This document shows, one piece after another, positions 21,801 through 24,156 of a stretch of 24,156 nucleotides of DNA. Positions within the stretch are counted from its first letter, which is position 1. Every line of letters starts with the position of its first letter. The DNA comes from an uncultured bacterium (GTDB lineage Bacteria > Patescibacteriota > Minisyncoccia > UBA6257 > JAGGUH01). The notes beneath the pieces were generated by a model. That model searched no databases. It was given only the letters and a program-made list of their open reading frames with translations, and was not told the origin of the DNA. Both the position numbers and the translations under genes were made by a program. The DNA is taken from NCBI GenBank assembly GCA_937877385.1, contig CALGBJ010000041.1:1-24156 (forward strand), in the 5' to 3' direction.

Positions 21801-23333
21801 GAGCAACCTCCTTTGAGAATAAAGATGAATGATTGGTTAAAGTTCTTTGGTTTTTGGTTGGCTGAGGGAAGTGCTGATAATGAAAAAAATGCTAAAAGGC
21901 ATGGTTATCGAGTTATCATTACTCAAATTAATAGAGAGAAAAAAGAGGAAATCAAAAAAGTTCTAGACAAGCTCCCTTTTAACTATTATGAAGAAGAGAA
22001 TAATTTGATAATTTGCAATAAACAACTTTGGGCTTATCTTCGGCAGTTTGGCAATAAATATACAAAGTTTATTCCTAAAGAAATTAAGTCTCTTTCTAAA
22101 GAGCAATTGAAAATCTTATTTGATTGGCTGGTGAAAGGAGATGGTTATATAAGGAAGACTACTGGTCAAATTAATTACTGGACTTCTTCTAAAAAGTTGG
22201 CTGATGATTTGCAAGAAATAATCTTAAAATTAGGTTGGTTGGCTACTCTTAAAGTAAATAAAAGAGGAAAAGTTTCTAAAATAAATGGAAGAAAAGTTGT
22301 TAGTGGTCCTCTTTATACAATTGGCGTCCAGAAAGCAAACTATTATAGATTAAGGGAAAGGAATATTGAAAGAGTTTACTATAAAGGAAAGGTTTATTGC
22401 TGTCAGGTAAAAAACCATACAGTATTTGTTAGAAGAAATGGAAAAGTTTGTTGGTCAGGAAATTCAATAGGGGTTGTTACCATTAATATGCCGCGTTTGG
22501 GGTATCTTTCTAAGAGTAAGAAAGAGTTTAAGAAAAGATTGGAGAGATTGATGGTTTTGGCTAAGAATTCTTTGGAAATCAAAAGAAAAACTCTAGAAAA
22601 GTTAACTGATAAAGGACTTTATCCTTATTCGCGATATTATCTCTCAGGAATAAAGAGAAAATTTAGTCAATGGTGGAAGAATCATTTTTCAACTATTGGT
22701 TTGGTAGGGATGAATGAGGCCTGTTTGAATCTTTTTGGTGAAGATATTGCTTCAGAGAAATCAAGAAAGTTTACCTTGGAAATCCTTGATTTTATGAGAA
22801 AGAAATTAATTGAATTTCAAAAAGAAACAGGCAACAATTATAATTTAGAAGCCACGCCAGCCGAGGGAGTTTCTTATCGTTTACCTCAGATAGATCTCAA
22901 AAAATATCCTGATATTATTACGGCTGGTACTCAGGAAAGGCCTTTTTACACTAATAGTACTCAATTGCCAGTTAATTATACTGATGATATTTTTGAAGCC
23001 ATTGAACTTCAAGACAAGTTTCAATGTATGTATACTGGTGGGACTGTTGTTCATTTATTTGTTGGTGAAAAAATTTCCCAGCCAGAGATTGTTAAAAAAT
23101 TGGTCAAGAAGGTTTTTGAAAAATTTAATCTGCCTTATCTGACTATTACGCCGACTTTTTCAATTTGTCCGAATTGTGGCTATTTGCCTGGGGAGCAGTA
23201 TGTTTGTCCAAAATGCAAAGCCAATTGTGAAGTTTATTCAAGGGTAGTTGGCTATTTGCGACCAGTCAATCAATGGAATGATGGCAAACAAGAGGAGTTT
23301 AAAGAAAGAAAAACTTTCAAAATCAAAGAATGA
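18822..23333 (+). CDS. nrdD: Class III (anaerobic) ribonucleoside-triphosphate reductase with ATP-cone and two inteins; spliced product 697 aa
   Basis: ATP-cone IIKRDGRKVKFESEKI; HLHDL, YCVGW, QTPFSNITLD; reconstructed RSM|CCRL...PLTG|SIGVVTINMPR; EATPAEG; CPNC..CPKC zinc site; glycyl-radical loop YSRVVGYLRPV. Confidence 0.97.
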   Translation: MTKRLFSKIIKRDGRKVKFESEKIIQAIEKAGQATGEFGREVAEKLTAKVLLLAKEVLKDKKTPTVEEIQDIVELVLFNSPFWKTARAYAIYREQHRQLREIVSQADVSLVDKYLEKVTWEIRENSNMTFSLQGLNNYVSSKIISTYWLNKIYPEEIRRAHEEGDFHLHDLSNLSVYCVGWDLYDLLLKGFGGVPGKIESKPAKHFHSALGQLVNFLYSLQGETAGAVAVSNFDTLLAPFIYYDKLSYREVSQALQEFLFNMNVPTRVGFQTPFSNITLDLTPPPQLANSPVLIGGKLQDKTYKEFQKEIDIFNKALLENFLEGDGKGRVFSFPIPTYNITKDFDWGNKNLDLLWRVTAKYGLPYFANFINSDMKPEDIRSMCLYPEEEVLIRNNRKVKRRKIGEIVENYRGSEFDRDGWSDCRPEKNLEVLSLNYQTGRTEWAKVIRFLKVKDNKLVTIFTNEGKRIKVSSKHLVPVLTPEGLINKFAEDVKEGDYLLGLKKSSSLNDDGEYQKLNDKLVLNEDLAKILGYFTADGNYLFETRKNLKTFGLPRGLQFTFNSETKENVEEIKSLIKKVFDLEVKERKDPRYHSYYLYLYKADLARILWQAGFRKYGRLPDILFNSPLKVIESFLLYHFKGDGYLKRKEIHINDKELARDLVLLYSLIGKPVTYRQRRSSQIIYLQHSCKERDKDSNFLLSQTLSQRVPGFLAKSTYLVPGLRKSRMVGLETLRKYRAVTQLSRRIEDSDYYISRVKKVEVKNLSYPQTFFDLELDKNHLFVHSLGTITHNCCRLRIDNRKLEKRGGGLFGSSPLTGCYDEKTEILTEDGWKLFKDLKMEDKVFTLSENNRIELHQPEQLFNYDYEGEMIEFKAKSLDLLVTPNHRMVVDKKYKKRRTFVEAKDFSPSRDLIPKKGIWLGKRQEYFELPPVVILQGSGSPSRFSDQEIGYIREMRRKGKSFYQIGKVFNCNPVTIYNICLNENYGNRQRIRIRYEQPPLRIKMNDWLKFFGFWLAEGSADNEKNAKRHGYRVIITQINREKKEEIKKVLDKLPFNYYEEENNLIICNKQLWAYLRQFGNKYTKFIPKEIKSLSKEQLKILFDWLVKGDGYIRKTTGQINYWTSSKKLADDLQEIILKLGWLATLKVNKRGKVSKINGRKVVSGPLYTIGVQKANYYRLRERNIERVYYKGKVYCCQVKNHTVFVRRNGKVCWSGNSIGVVTINMPRLGYLSKSKKEFKKRLERLMVLAKNSLEIKRKTLEKLTDKGLYPYSRYYLSGIKRKFSQWWKNHFSTIGLVGMNEACLNLFGEDIASEKSRKFTLEILDFMRKKLIEFQKETGNNYNLEATPAEGVSYRLPQIDLKKYPDIITAGTQERPFYTNSTQLPVNYTDDIFEAIELQDKFQCMYTGGTVVHLFVGEKISQPEIVKKLVKKVFEKFNLPYLTITPTFSICPNCGYLPGEQYVCPKCKANCEVYSRVVGYLRPVNQWNDGKQEEFKERKTFKIKE
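19968..21191 (+). mobile_element. Intein 1 in NrdD (aa 383-790, 408 aa) with LAGLIDADG homing endonuclease
   Basis: Starts CLYPEEEVL; block B VSSKHLV; block C LGYFTADG; block E HFKGDG; block F FFDLEL; ends THN followed by Cys+1. Confidence 0.95.
21270..22463 (+). mobile_element. Intein 2 in NrdD (aa 817-1214, 398 aa) with LAGLIDADG endonuclease and HTH insert
   Basis: Starts CYDEKTEILTEDG; block B VTPNHRM; block C FGFWLAEGS; block E LVKGDG; ends VYCCQVKNHTVFVRRNGKVCWSGN followed by Ser+1 (penultimate Gly instead of His). Confidence 0.95.
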
Positions 23334-24022
23334 AAATTGGTGGCTGGCAAAAAATTTCTCTGATAGATTATCCTGGTAAAATTTCAACTATTATTTTTAC
23401 TCAAGGTTGTAATTTTCGTTGTCCTTTTTGCCATAATCCTGAATTAGTTTTAAAAGAAAGATATTCTTCTTTAATTAAGGAGGATTTAATTTTTGCTTTT
23501 TTAAAAAAAAGAAAAGGAGAAATAGAAGGTGTTGAAGTTACTGGCGGCGAGCCAACCCTTCAGGAAGATTTAGAGATTTTTCTGAAAAAAGTCAAAAAAC
23601 TTGGCTATTTAGTAAAACTTGATACTAATGGTTCAAAGCCAGAAGTTTTAGAGAAACTTTTTGAAAAGAATTTGTTAGATTATCTTGCTGTTGATATTAA
23701 AGGTCCATTTGAAAAGTATGAAGAGATAATTGGTGGAGTTAAAGTTGATTTAAATAAATTAAAAGAAAGCGTTCAATTGATAAAAAGTTCAGGGATTGAT
23801 TATGAATTCCGAACGACTTTTGTTAGACCGCTTTTAGTGATTGATGATTTTGAAAAAATAGGCGAGATAATTAAAGGAGCAAAAAGATTTGTTATTCAAA
23901 ACTTTACCGGGAGAAAATTTGTTAAAGAGGATAATAATTTTTTTCCAGCCAGTCAGAAAGAATTAGAAGAGAGCCAGAAAGTTGTCAAAAAATATGTTCA
24001 AGAGGTTCTTTTAAGAGATTAA
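23330..24022 (+). CDS. nrdG: Anaerobic ribonucleotide reductase activating protein (radical SAM)
   Basis: SLIDYPG, FTQGCNFRCPFCHNP (CxxxCxxC), TGGEPTL, KLDTNG, YEFRTT; ATGA overlap with the nrdD stop. Confidence 0.94.
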   Translation: MKIGGWQKISLIDYPGKISTIIFTQGCNFRCPFCHNPELVLKERYSSLIKEDLIFAFLKKRKGEIEGVEVTGGEPTLQEDLEIFLKKVKKLGYLVKLDTNGSKPEVLEKLFEKNLLDYLAVDIKGPFEKYEEIIGGVKVDLNKLKESVQLIKSSGIDYEFRTTFVRPLLVIDDFEKIGEIIKGAKRFVIQNFTGRKFVKEDNNFFPASQKELEESQKVVKKYVQEVLLRD

Positions 24023-24156
24023 AAAATCCAAATGTAAGTGTAAAACTCAAAGTGCAAAGTGTAAAACCCAATTTGAAATCCCAAATCCTAAATTCGAAAT
24101 TCTAAACGAAATTCTAAATCCCAAATTCCAAATCCCAAATGTTTAGAATTTGTGAT
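24023..24156. repeat. Heptamer array (AAAGTGY module, then AAATYCN x4-AAACG-AAATYCY x4) with the start of an inverted arm; runs off the window
   Basis: aaatccc aaatcct aaattcg aaattct aaacg aaattct aaatccc aaattcc aaatccc aaat (24076-24140), then gtttagaattt (24141-24151). Confidence 0.85.

Overview
AT-rich chromosomal segment read with genetic code 11 (TGA used as stop). Gene content and style (PrgI-like gene, sigma70-region-4/HARE-HTH protein, short YidC, scattered murD/ftsK/argS, almost no Shine-Dalgarno sites) suggest a Patescibacteria/CPR, probably Parcubacteria-like, genome; this is inference. It is mostly housekeeping: secA (5'-truncated), stand-alone 5'-3' exonuclease, PAS histidine kinase, lemA, yidC-jag-pheS, rplS, DksA/TraR, LOG-like, MgtC, murD, ftsK, argS and nrdD-nrdG. 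Features absent from the ORF track: (i) a compact ~135-nt 6S-like RNA on the minus strand just upstream of lemA; (ii) two LAGLIDADG inteins in nrdD, separated by only 26 extein residues that carry the active-site CCRL loop, the second intein with an extra HTH insert; (iii) a recurring intergenic grammar of modular heptamer tandem arrays forming inverted and nested repeats at ~5.2, ~14.7 and ~24.1 kb; (iv) perfect 34-bp and 38-bp palindromes and a GC-rich hairpin; (v) near-consensus sigma70 promoters giving almost leaderless mRNAs. The ORF track labels 5424..5789 as '+', but that ORF is on the minus strand.
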